Shown piece by piece: positions 9,688-18,520 of a DNA stretch of 64,000 nt (position 1 is the first letter of the stretch; each line of letters opens with the position of its first letter). The notes beneath the pieces are model-generated. The model was not told where the DNA came from. It saw only the letters and a list, made by a program, of their open reading frames with translations, and did not search any database. A program made the position numbers and the translations under genes. This DNA comes from Nitrososphaerota archaeon. Lineage in GTDB: Archaea > Thermoproteota > Nitrososphaeria > PSMU01. The stretch lies in the NCBI GenBank assembly GCA_040290255.1, contig PSMU01000001.1:160001-224000 (forward strand), written 5' to 3'.

Positions 9688-10143
9688 TTGAGCGGATCAG
9701 CTGAAAGGATAGAGAGGGTTGTGCCCGAGGGCCGAAGGATAAGGGTACTGCTGGCCAAGCCGGCCCTGGATGGGCACGACAGGGGGCTCCTGATACTTGC
9801 GCGGGCCTTCAGGGATGCGGGCTTCGAAGTCATTTACGGCGGGATCCTCAGATCGCCCGAGGAGGTAGTCGAAATAGCCATACAGGAGGACGTAGATGTC
9901 GTCGCCCTGAGCCTTCATAATAATGCCCACATACCGGCCTTTATCAAGGTCGCTCAGCTACTCAGGGAAAGGGGGGCTTCGGATATAGTGGTGGTGGGCG
10001 GCGGCATAATACCCCCTGAGGACAAACCCATCCTGGAGAAGTGGGGGATAACGGGCAACTTCGGGCCTGGTACGCCGTTGAAGGTCATCATAGAGCACAT
10101 CTTGGAGAGAGTAAAGAAGGAGAGGTGGAAGCTCAAGCCTTAA
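9688..10143 (+). CDS. icmB: Acyl-CoA mutase small, cobalamin-binding subunit
   Basis: DGHDRG base-off/His-on motif, GGGIIP, FGPGT; directly follows the large subunit. Confidence 0.88.
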   Translation: MSGSAERIERVVPEGRRIRVLLAKPALDGHDRGLLILARAFRDAGFEVIYGGILRSPEEVVEIAIQEDVDVVALSLHNNAHIPAFIKVAQLLRERGASDIVVVGGGIIPPEDKPILEKWGITGNFGPGTPLKVIIEHILERVKKERWKLKP

Positions 10144-10188
10144 GGGCGGCTTATCAGCCTTATTAAGCCAGCAGGGCGAACGCGCGGC

Positions 10189-11418
10189 GTGCGCTCCGTT
10201 ACCTCCAGCGTCAAGGCCCTAGAGGAGCGGGAGGCCCCCTCTTGGCTGCGCCGCGCCAGGTCCAGGATAGGAATCGTTAAGAGGGCGATCTACTTCGACA
10301 ACGCTGGCGCGGGCCCCCTCTCCAGCGACGTGCGCAGGGCGGCCATCGAGTTCCTGGAGCTCTGGGATCGCGAGGGCGAGCCCTGGGAGGTAGCGCTCGA
10401 GCATATCGTGGAGGCCAGGGCGCTCTTCGCAAAGTTCGTGGGCGCCACGAAGGACCAGGTGGCCGCGGTCCCCAACGTCTCCACCGGCCTGAACGCGCTT
10501 CTGTCCTCATTGGAGCTGAAGGGGGAAGCTAACGCGGTGGCGAGCCCGCTGAATTTCCCCACGGGCATATTCGCCCTTCACGCGCTAAGGCAGAGGGGGC
10601 TGCTTAGGGAGGTAAGGTTAGCCCAGCGGAGGGGAGGCGCGGTGGGCCTGGAGGAGTATGAGCGCCTGATCGATGACCAAACCAGGATCGTGCTCGTGGA
10701 CTATGTCTCATGGATCACGGGGTTCAGGGAACATATAAGGGAGCTGGCAGGACTGGCGCACGCACATGGCGCGCGCCTGATCGTCGATGCCTTCCATCTC
10801 GTGGGCGTGATGCCCCTGGACGTTGCAAGGGATGGAATAGATGCCTTGCTCTGCGGGGCCTACAAGTGGCTGTTGGGCCTTCACGGCGCCGCCTTCGTCT
10901 ATCTCGCACGGGAACTGCTGGAGGGGCTAAGGCCCATGCTCGCGGGCTGGCACTCGATAGCGGATTCCGTCATAGATAGGATGGCAAGAAGGGAGGAGGT
11001 CTTCGCCAGGTCCTTCGATATATCGGACTACAAGAGGGCCGAGGACGCGAAGGTCCTCGAGTGGGGAACCTGGCCCGCCATCGCCTTTGAAGGGACCCTG
11101 GCCGCCCTAAAGATGCTGGAGGCCTTCGAGGTACCTCAGCGCTACGACGGACATACATACCGCTTAACGGAGGAGCTGCTGGAGGGCCTTGAGGGCCTCG
11201 GGCTGAGGGTCCTGACGCCTCGAGAGAGAAGGGCCGCGATCGTCTGCTTCGAGTTTCGCGACTCCCATGTTTTGGTCAGGAAGCTCCGCGAGAGGGGGAT
11301 CATCGTTTCGGCGCGGCCCGGCCTCATCAGGGTCTCACCGCACTTCTATAATACGGAGCAGGAGGTCCATGCCTTCTTGGAGGTCTTGGCCCAGGAGCTA
11401 AAGTCCCTTAGGCAATAG
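10189..11418 (+). CDS. Class V PLP-dependent aminotransferase-fold enzyme
   Basis: YFDNAG, VDAFH, GAYKWLLG (PLP Lys), RVSPHFYN. Confidence 0.85.
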   Translation: MRSVTSSVKALEEREAPSWLRRARSRIGIVKRAIYFDNAGAGPLSSDVRRAAIEFLELWDREGEPWEVALEHIVEARALFAKFVGATKDQVAAVPNVSTGLNALLSSLELKGEANAVASPLNFPTGIFALHALRQRGLLREVRLAQRRGGAVGLEEYERLIDDQTRIVLVDYVSWITGFREHIRELAGLAHAHGARLIVDAFHLVGVMPLDVARDGIDALLCGAYKWLLGLHGAAFVYLARELLEGLRPMLAGWHSIADSVIDRMARREEVFARSFDISDYKRAEDAKVLEWGTWPAIAFEGTLAALKMLEAFEVPQRYDGHTYRLTEELLEGLEGLGLRVLTPRERRAAIVCFEFRDSHVLVRKLRERGIIVSARPGLIRVSPHFYNTEQEVHAFLEVLAQELKSLRQ

Positions 11419-11502
11419 GCCTTCTGAACGGCTACAGGCGCTATCGAAGGGATTGCCTATGGGGCCGAGCTATGGGACGGGTAGGGGAAAACTGCCCGGC
11501 GA

Positions 11503-12222
11503 TCAGGGCGTCAGGCCAAAGTAAAGCCTCCTGTTATTCCTGCCCTTATTTTCGACCCTTAGCAGGACGATCCTTCCCACCTCACCGGTATTGCTCACGT
11601 GAGGCCCTCCGTCGGCCTGGACGTCTACCCCCTCTATCTCCACCACCCTGAGCATGGAGACCTCGGGCGGCATCCTGCCCGCCAGCTTCACCATGCCGGG
11701 CCTTGACAGCGCCTCGTCCCTGGTAAGGTAGTACACCTTCACGGGCCTGTTCCTGCTGAGCTCGGCGTTGGCCTCCTCAATGCAGGAGTTAATTATGGCT
11801 CTATCGAAGGCCTTGAAGCTGAAGTCTACCCTGGCCCCCTCGGGGCTTACGTTATTGCCGGTGATGAGCGCCTCCTCCCTCCTTAGGATCACCGCCGCCA
11901 GGACGTGCAGGGCCGTGTGTAACCTCATGAGCTTGTACCTCCTCTCCCAGTCCAAAACCCCCCGGACGTGGGAAGTCGCCGGGGGCAGGCCTGGGTCGGT
12001 TAAGTGCCACACGCCATCATCGGAGAGCACCGCTTCCTTAACCCTCACCTCGCCGCCCGGGAACGATAGCGAGCCCATGTCCGTTTCGAGCCCCCCTCCC
12101 TTGGGGTGAAAGCAGGTCCTGTCCAGCAGGACGCCCTTGGAGCCCACTTCCAACACATTGGCCTCAAACTCCTTCAGGTAGGAGTCGTCCATGTAAAGGA
12201 GCTCGGTGCGGCCCTGCTTCAA
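11503..12222 (-). CDS. alaXM: Free-standing alanyl-tRNA editing protein AlaX-M
   Basis: TELLY.DSY, LDRT.FHP.GGG, RLHTALH, ADGGPHV, KG..NRR. Confidence 0.9.
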   Translation of the reverse strand: MKQGRTELLYMDDSYLKEFEANVLEVGSKGVLLDRTCFHPKGGGLETDMGSLSFPGGEVRVKEAVLSDDGVWHLTDPGLPPATSHVRGVLDWERRYKLMRLHTALHVLAAVILRREEALITGNNVSPEGARVDFSFKAFDRAIINSCIEEANAELSRNRPVKVYYLTRDEALSRPGMVKLAGRMPPEVSMLRVVEIEGVDVQADGGPHVSNTGEVGRIVLLRVENKGRNNRRLYFGLTP

Positions 12223-12272
12223 CGCCCCGGTTGGTTGGCGATGTGGCTTAAAGGCTTTGGGCCTCGCGCCCC

Positions 12273-12926
12273 TCAGATGTGATGGACGCCCCCCAGCAGG
12301 GCATTGATGAGGTTGGTGGCCTTCTCCTGGCCTATCGTCGTATCGGGCCCGTGGCCTGGGTACACGCGCGTGTCATCGGGCAGGGTGAACAGCTTGCGCG
12401 TTATGGAGTCCGCCAGCAAAGGGAAGTTGCCGCCCGGCGTATCGGTCCTGCCCACGGAGCCGGCGAAGAGCGTGTCGCCGCTGAAGAGCAGGCCGTTGCC
12501 CAGCAGGCAGATGCTCCCGGGCGAATGGCCAGGGGTATGTAGGACCTTAAAGGCATAGGGGCCCACCTTAAACTCATCCCCCTCCTTCATATAGTAGTCC
12601 ACGCGGGGCGGCGGCCCTACTTCGAGGCCCAAGAGCTGCTTTACCCTCTGCTGCATGGAGGCAAGGATGGGCGCGTCCGAGCCATGAAGATAAAACGGGG
12701 CCCCCGTTTCCATGCGGAGGACATCGACGGCCAGCACATGGTCAAAGTGGCCATGCGTGGCGATGATGGCCTTGAGCCTAAGCCCCTCCTGCTTTAGGGC
12801 CGCGAGCAGCGTCTCCGGCTCCCCTCCAGCATCTAAAAGCAGCGCTTCCCTAGATCCCTCATCAGCTATTATGTAGGCGTTGCTGGCCAGCAGCCCCACC
12901 GTAATCCTCTTCAGGACTAAGCCCAT
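12273..12926 (-). CDS. MBL-fold metallo-hydrolase (glyoxalase II-like)
   Basis: THGHFDH, HTPGHSPG, SGDTLF, PGHG. Confidence 0.9.
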   Translation of the reverse strand: MGLVLKRITVGLLASNAYIIADEGSREALLLDAGGEPETLLAALKQEGLRLKAIIATHGHFDHVLAVDVLRMETGAPFYLHGSDAPILASMQQRVKQLLGLEVGPPPRVDYYMKEGDEFKVGPYAFKVLHTPGHSPGSICLLGNGLLFSGDTLFAGSVGRTDTPGGNFPLLADSITRKLFTLPDDTRVYPGHGPDTTIGQEKATNLINALLGGVHHI

Positions 12927-12961
12927 GGCCCTGTGGGCTTACATCGCAATTTAAGGCTTCT

Positions 12962-15178
12962 TTACCGGAAGTCCAAGAGACCCTTACCTCCGGAGACGGT
13001 AAGGCCCACGGCCTCCAGGATGCGCTCGCAGGCCGGGAGGAGCTGCTTCTCGGCATAATAGTCCAGGTCTACATCCTCGAGGCTCGCCTTGTAGTAGGGC
13101 CTGGCCCTATCGGAGACCCTTCCTTTCCCCTTCGCTATTACATAGCCTATGATGGTGCCGGGCACGATATCCCATCCTTCCCGCTTCATTTCGAGCGCGA
13201 CCTTGGTGTGGGCTCCTAGGGCCTGATAAGCTTCTAGGGGCCTCGTGATCTTCTCCCAGATGACCAACGCCGCCAGCGGCACCTTCCCTTCCCTTACCTG
13301 CTGGGCCATGCTCCTGGCCTCCTCCGCCGCTTCACCCGCCCTATCCCTCAGCACGAGCTCCAGCACGCGCAGCTGGGCCCTGCGGGCTGCCTTGCACCAG
13401 TCGCCCCGCACCGCCTCGAGGCCCACCACTTCTACTTTGTCGTCGACGAGCCCCCCATACTTCTTCTTCGCCTTCGTCAGGAGCAAGCGGCTGTACACCT
13501 TATCGATCCTGGCCTCGAGGCCCATCTCCTCCCTTATCCACCTGATCAGCTCCTCGATCGCCGCCCTAGCGCCCTTCACGAAGAGGGAGTCCGTGTCGCC
13601 ATAGAGCACCTCCAGCCCCAGCTCCCTCGCCCTTTCGGCCGAACTAGTAATGGCTTCCCTGCCCCAGGCAGCAATTGCCCTAGCTGCTTCGACGCTATAC
13701 CACCTGGCCGCGGGCCAGCCCAGGTAGCCGTACATGGCATTGGCAAGGAGCTTGAGCGCCCTCTGCTTAGCCTCAAACATCCTGCGCTCAACGCTGCCCT
13801 CCGGGAGGCGCTGGGCCAGGGCCTCCGCCTCCCTCCTGGCCTCTATCAACCTCGAAAGCAGGGAGGGCACAAACGCGTCCCCCCTTCTAAAGCCCACGCC
13901 CAGCCCCGGCGGCTTCTCCTCGCCGTTCTCCTCGATATTATCGAAGGAGACGTTGTGCTTGAGCATTATGCTCGGGTACATGGACTTAAAGTCTATGACG
14001 GCCACATCGCTGTACAGGCCCGGCCGGGGCTCGAACACGAACCCGCCTTCATAAGCATAGCCCGCGCGCCTGGGCCTCGGGGGGATGAGCTCCCCCCTCC
14101 TGACGGCCTCATACATCATATAATTCTCAACCCTAAAGCCCACCGAAGCCGAGAGCACATAATCGGCCGGCATGCCGGTGACCGAGGAGAGGGTGAGCAG
14201 ATAATCCTTTAACTCCTCGAAGAGGCGCAGGATCAGCCGTGCCCTTTCATCACAGAGCTGCGAGGCCCGGCCGGGGTCCTCCCTCGCCAACCTATACCAC
14301 TCCACCTCCGGCACTTCCTCGAGGCCCCGTTCCAAATTCATGTACTCCGCCATCTCCTCCAGCGTGTCGAGTTTAATCTCAGGTATCTCCTCGGCCAGGT
14401 CCTTCAGGTCCACGGCCAGCCTTCCCTCCACGGAGACGTGGCCGTAGACGCTCGTATGCGGCTCAGCGCCCATCCTTCCCAGCGCCAGGCGAAGGCCCAG
14501 AAGTCGGGCCCTGTGGGCCAGGTAGGGCAGGAGGAACTTGGTCCTGAAGCCCACGACTACATCGGCGTTCTCTTCCTCTATCCTCTGCACGAAGGAAATA
14601 AGCACTTGGTCCTCGGGGCCCGTTAGCCTCTCCAGGCCCCTACGCGACGCCAAGCTCAGCTGGACGACCGGGTCCCTATCCGGCCTGGGACTTCCACGCT
14701 CGGGCCTGATCACGGCCTCAAGGGCCACGACGTTAAGCTCCGGGAAAAGCCCCTCGACGTTAACCGGCTTCCCCTTGGCCACATACAGCTCAAGGCCGTC
14801 ATGGGTTCCCTCGAGCGCGGCCTCCAGCTCTACCCAAGAGGAGGGCCTGAGCCCCAGCGAGAGAAGGAATTTATGCGCTAAGCGTATATCGTGCTCGTAG
14901 GCGGTCCTGGCGTACTTCTTGGCCAGCCTCTCCGCCTCCTCCTCGTACTCCGCCCTCGCGGATATGACCAAGGAGGCCCTCGCTGGCTTTCCCCTCAGCT
15001 TCCTCTCCACGACGCTATGAGGCATCTGCTGATCATCGATGGGGGGCACGAGATAGTAGTAGGGCTTGAAGTCCAGGTACTTCACCAGCAGCCGGCTGTC
15101 CTCCTTCACGCACCAAAGGTAGATGACGGGCCCCCCCTCCTGCTGCTCCCCGGCCACGTCGAGAAGCCATGCCCTCAA
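12962..15178 (-). CDS. polB: Family B DNA polymerase (PolB3-like) with degenerate 3'-5' exonuclease motifs
   Basis: DFKSMYPS, KLLANAMYGY, YGDTDS, KKKY and GLEAVRGDW intact; ExoI/II/III acidic residues altered. Confidence 0.92.
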   Translation of the reverse strand: MRAWLLDVAGEQQEGGPVIYLWCVKEDSRLLVKYLDFKPYYYLVPPIDDQQMPHSVVERKLRGKPARASLVISARAEYEEEAERLAKKYARTAYEHDIRLAHKFLLSLGLRPSSWVELEAALEGTHDGLELYVAKGKPVNVEGLFPELNVVALEAVIRPERGSPRPDRDPVVQLSLASRRGLERLTGPEDQVLISFVQRIEEENADVVVGFRTKFLLPYLAHRARLLGLRLALGRMGAEPHTSVYGHVSVEGRLAVDLKDLAEEIPEIKLDTLEEMAEYMNLERGLEEVPEVEWYRLAREDPGRASQLCDERARLILRLFEELKDYLLTLSSVTGMPADYVLSASVGFRVENYMMYEAVRRGELIPPRPRRAGYAYEGGFVFEPRPGLYSDVAVIDFKSMYPSIMLKHNVSFDNIEENGEEKPPGLGVGFRRGDAFVPSLLSRLIEARREAEALAQRLPEGSVERRMFEAKQRALKLLANAMYGYLGWPAARWYSVEAARAIAAWGREAITSSAERARELGLEVLYGDTDSLFVKGARAAIEELIRWIREEMGLEARIDKVYSRLLLTKAKKKYGGLVDDKVEVVGLEAVRGDWCKAARRAQLRVLELVLRDRAGEAAEEARSMAQQVREGKVPLAALVIWEKITRPLEAYQALGAHTKVALEMKREGWDIVPGTIIGYVIAKGKGRVSDRARPYYKASLEDVDLDYYAEKQLLPACERILEAVGLTVSGGKGLLDFR

Positions 15179-15236
15179 GGCCCCTGCGCCTTAGGGGCGC
15201 GCGATGCGTTTATACCTTCCCCTCGGGCAGGGCGCA

Positions 15237-16238
15237 TCACTCAAGTATGAAGGAGGACTTGGCAGGAGCGGGGCCCAGCGGTACGGCATCGAAGCCCATC
15301 CTCCTCAGCTGCCCTGCGAGCTCGGCCACAAAGCCATGCACCGTGTAGACCCTCTCCGGGGAGCACTCCTTGATGAACGAGATGAGCTCCTCAAAGTCGC
15401 AGTGGTCGCTGAGGGGGAGGACGCAGTCCACGCCGAACCTGGCGGCCGCATCGGGCTCCGCGCCCCACCCGCTGAAGGCGATGGTAAGGGGCGCGAGGCC
15501 CAGCAGGCGCCTTATTCGCTCGGCGAGCTCCCTTGCCTGAGAGAGGGATGCTATGCCCAGCCAGGGACCCCTGGCCAGCCCCTCGTTGGCAAGCGCCCCT
15601 TCAAGGGAAGGGGCCTCGGGCAGCTCCACGCCCAGCGCCCGATAAGCCCTGTTAAACCTAAGCACCCTGTCCGAGATGTACAGGTGGGGCTCCCAGACCG
15701 AGAAAAAGTAGCTGAGGATCTGCGACTTGCCCAGAGGGTAGCCCAGCAGCAACACCGGCAGGCCCTGTGAGAAGGCGGCATCGATCAATTCGTTGGTCCT
15801 GTCCATGATCCACGTCAGGGCAGGAAAACGGTACCTGGGCCTGCCGTAGGTGGCCTCCACTATGAGGATACGGCACGGAACCGGCTTAGCGCTGGGCATG
15901 AAGCCCCTTGGCCTGCCGGCTATGTCGCCCGTATAGTACAAGAGGTCGTCGAGGAGGATGCCCGTGGAGCCGAGCATGTGTCCGGTCCTGTACAGCCTTC
16001 CCTCCTCCCTGGCCCCGTTGAGCGCGACGCCCTGCAGCCTAGCCAGCTTTACGGTCTCGGCGGAGGCGAGCACAAGGCCGCCGGGCGCCGGCATGCCAAG
16101 GTGATCGGTATGGGCATGCGAGTAGAAGAAGAGGTCGGCCGCCACGGGCGTCCTGGCATCAAGGGCTACCCTCCTTTGGCCTAGCTCGACCAGCAGCCCG
16201 CCCGCCTCGAGCCGCGTGACCCTGACGAGCTTGGGCAA
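15237..16238 (-). CDS. beta-CASP MBL-fold nuclease (SNM1/Pso2-like, ligase-associated DNA-damage exonuclease family)
   Basis: SHAHTDH, GHMLGS, YTGD, EATYG, YPLGKSQ, FSGW, LSDHCD, VHG. Confidence 0.85.
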   Translation of the reverse strand: MPKLVRVTRLEAGGLLVELGQRRVALDARTPVAADLFFYSHAHTDHLGMPAPGGLVLASAETVKLARLQGVALNGAREEGRLYRTGHMLGSTGILLDDLLYYTGDIAGRPRGFMPSAKPVPCRILIVEATYGRPRYRFPALTWIMDRTNELIDAAFSQGLPVLLLGYPLGKSQILSYFFSVWEPHLYISDRVLRFNRAYRALGVELPEAPSLEGALANEGLARGPWLGIASLSQARELAERIRRLLGLAPLTIAFSGWGAEPDAAARFGVDCVLPLSDHCDFEELISFIKECSPERVYTVHGFVAELAGQLRRMGFDAVPLGPAPAKSSFILE

Positions 16239-16248
16239 GGGCTCCCCC

Positions 16249-16761
16249 CTATCCTCCCGTTAGCCTTGCAAACTTATCCGCCGCGCTTCCGATGGGCTGG
16301 CTGAAGAGCCTCCTGCAGAACTCGATGTTGCTCAGGGCTATCACGGCCGAATCCACGACCTCCTTGCTCGGGTCCGAGAGCGCCTCCTCCAGGGCTTCCT
16401 TGGCCCCTTCGTAGCCTATGACGCCGAGGGCCACCGCCGCCTCATGTCTCACTATGGGGTGAGGGTCCCTGCGCACGGCCTCTATTAGGTACTGCACCGC
16501 CTCGCGGCGGCCCAGCTGGCCCAGCGAGTAGGCGGCTTCGTGCCTCACGATGGGGTTATCATCCCGCAGGAGGACCTCCGCTATTTCCTTCACGTACCTC
16601 TTTCCGGCCAGCTCCGCAAGGATGCAGACGGCCCTGGCCCTTATCACGAAGTCCTGGTGCTTGGTCAGCCGGGCGAAGAACTCCGCGTCTTCTTCCTCAT
16701 ATCTCCTCTCCATCTCAAAGAAGAGCGCGATCCTGTCCTCGGGCACGGAGAAGCTGCCCAC
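16249..16761 (-). CDS. HEAT-repeat protein with two His-Glu motifs (deoxyhypusine hydroxylase-like half)
   Basis: VRHEAAYSLGQLG and VRHEAAVALGVIG; GTG at 16761 chosen for a TATA-like element about 25 nt upstream (ATG at 16785 is the alternative). Confidence 0.8.
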   Translation of the reverse strand: MGSFSVPEDRIALFFEMERRYEEEDAEFFARLTKHQDFVIRARAVCILAELAGKRYVKEIAEVLLRDDNPIVRHEAAYSLGQLGRREAVQYLIEAVRRDPHPIVRHEAAVALGVIGYEGAKEALEEALSDPSKEVVDSAVIALSNIEFCRRLFSQPIGSAADKFARLTGG

Positions 16762-16819
16762 GTTCCCTCCGCGCCTCGGCGCCATAAATAACTTATTTTT
16801 ACGCCTCCTAGAGCGAGCG

Positions 16820-17560
16820 TTGCGCCCTCCCTCAGCGCTGCTCCTGGACTTTGTGGGGACGCTGGTGCTCTTTAAGCCGGATCCGCAAGGCGCGGTCAGG
16901 TGCCTCTTCGAAGAGCTGGCGCCGCTCCTGAATGAGCGGGACTTTGGCTCCTTTCATGGGGCCTACATGCGGGCCTACAACAAATACCTGGCCATCAGAA
17001 GAACCCAGCTGGTGGAGGTCTCTAATGATGTCTGGCTGCAGGAGGCCTGTAGGGCCCTAGACCCCGCCATCGAGCTGGACAAGGGGCTGTTGGAGAGGGC
17101 CATAACGCGCTACTTCACCTGCTTTATGAGGGGCCTGAGGCCCGCCCCGGGCGCTCGCAGCACCCTCCACTATCTTGCGCGCCAGAAGGGCTACAGGCTG
17201 GGCCTCGTCTCCAACTTCTCCTACGCTCCCTTTCTGAGGGCAAGGCTCGAAGGCTTAGGCCTGAGCGGCTTCTTCGAGGTCCTCGCGATATCCCATGAGG
17301 TGGGGTACAGGAAGCCCCACCCGGCCATCTTCAGGTTCGCGCTGGAGCGCCTGGGATGCGCTCCCGAGGAGGCACTGATGGTCGGCGATACGCCGAGCGA
17401 GGATGTCTACGGGGCCAGGAAGCTGGGCATGGGCGCCTGCCTCGTGCGCAGCTCGCTCACCGATAGCTACGCCGCCTACGAGGTGGACAGCGCGGAGGCC
17501 TCGCTGCTCAGCCCCGACCTGATCATCGACCAGCTGAGCGGGTTGAGGGCGCTGCTCTAG
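16820..17560 (+). CDS. HAD-superfamily hydrolase
   Basis: LLDFVGTL, VSN, RKPHP.IF, MVGD...DV.GA; start trimmed to TTG 16820 to avoid overlap with the HEAT gene. Confidence 0.87.
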   Translation: MRPPSALLLDFVGTLVLFKPDPQGAVRCLFEELAPLLNERDFGSFHGAYMRAYNKYLAIRRTQLVEVSNDVWLQEACRALDPAIELDKGLLERAITRYFTCFMRGLRPAPGARSTLHYLARQKGYRLGLVSNFSYAPFLRARLEGLGLSGFFEVLAISHEVGYRKPHPAIFRFALERLGCAPEEALMVGDTPSEDVYGARKLGMGACLVRSSLTDSYAAYEVDSAEASLLSPDLIIDQLSGLRALL

Positions 17561-18477
17561 CCCCTTCTCCTTTCCTCCAGGCCCCTCAGCTCCACCTCCG
17601 GTGTGCCTGTATCGAGCTGTATGGTGACGTGGGCTATGCCGAACCTGCTGCGCAGGAGCTCGTTGATGCGGGCGAGGAGCTCCGCCGCCCTGCTGAGCGC
17701 TTGGTCCTCGACGACCACATGGCAGGTCAACGCGTAGAGGTCGGTGCCTATGGTCCAGATATGTAGGTCATGCAGCGACTTAACGCCGGGGAGGGCCTGG
17801 AGGGCGGCGGCCACCTCCTTGGCGCTGATCCTCTCAGGCGCCCCTTCAAGCAGCACGGCCGAGGAGTCCAATATTAGCTTCGCGGAGGAGCGCAGCAGGC
17901 TGAGCCCTATGATGAGCGCCAGGAGGCCGTCAAAGAAGGCCATATGGGTGAGCTTCACGAGCAGGTTTCCGGTTATGGCGCCCAGCGAGGAGAAGCTATC
18001 GGAGAGGGCGTGAAGGAAGGCCCCCCTGGCTCCCAGGCTCCTGGCGCTGAAGGGCCTGAGGAGCAGGAGCACGGACGAGTTGATGAGCAGCCCTATCAGG
18101 GCCACGCTAAGCGCCAGGTCGGCGTTGGGGAGCGAAGGAAGCAGGAGGCGCCTTATCGCCTCGCCCGCTATGGTTAAGGAGATGGAGCCCAGGGCGACGC
18201 CATTTACGAAGGCGCCCAGCACCTCAGCGCGATGAAAGCCATAGGTGTACTTGTAGGTGTGGGGCGCCCTCGCCCTTCCTATCGTCCATAGCGCCAGCGC
18301 GAAGGCCAGCGCGTCGGTGCCCATATGGCCCGCGTCGCTGAGTAGCGAGAGGCTGCCACTGAGCGCGCCCCCTGCCACCTCCAGCGCCGTGGCGCCCACC
18401 GTGAGCACCAGCGCCAGCCTGAGGCGGGCGAGCAAGGCACCGGAGTGCGGTTCAGCCTCCTTCACACTCTGTCCCAC
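17557..18477 (-). CDS. Cation diffusion facilitator (CzcD/ZitB-like Zn/Co/Cd exporter)
   Basis: SLSLLSDAGHM.TD, TYGFHRAEV, AFLHALSD, HDLHIW, H.TIQ. Confidence 0.92.
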   Translation of the reverse strand: MGQSVKEAEPHSGALLARLRLALVLTVGATALEVAGGALSGSLSLLSDAGHMGTDALAFALALWTIGRARAPHTYKYTYGFHRAEVLGAFVNGVALGSISLTIAGEAIRRLLLPSLPNADLALSVALIGLLINSSVLLLLRPFSARSLGARGAFLHALSDSFSSLGAITGNLLVKLTHMAFFDGLLALIIGLSLLRSSAKLILDSSAVLLEGAPERISAKEVAAALQALPGVKSLHDLHIWTIGTDLYALTCHVVVEDQALSRAAELLARINELLRSRFGIAHVTIQLDTGTPEVELRGLEERRRG

Positions 18478-18520
18478 TATATGCCAGGCCTGCCATTTAA
18501 GGCCTGCAGGGGCCTAAATG

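Noticed and set aside
11478-11498. Hairpin CGGGTAG-N7-CTGCCCG between convergent genes
   Set aside because: Short stem with a G-U pair in GC-rich DNA and no U tract; not distinguishable from chance
16550-16819. N-terminal extension of the HAD ORF overlapping the HEAT gene
   Set aside because: HAD motif I begins after 16820; the extension is an ORF-caller artefact
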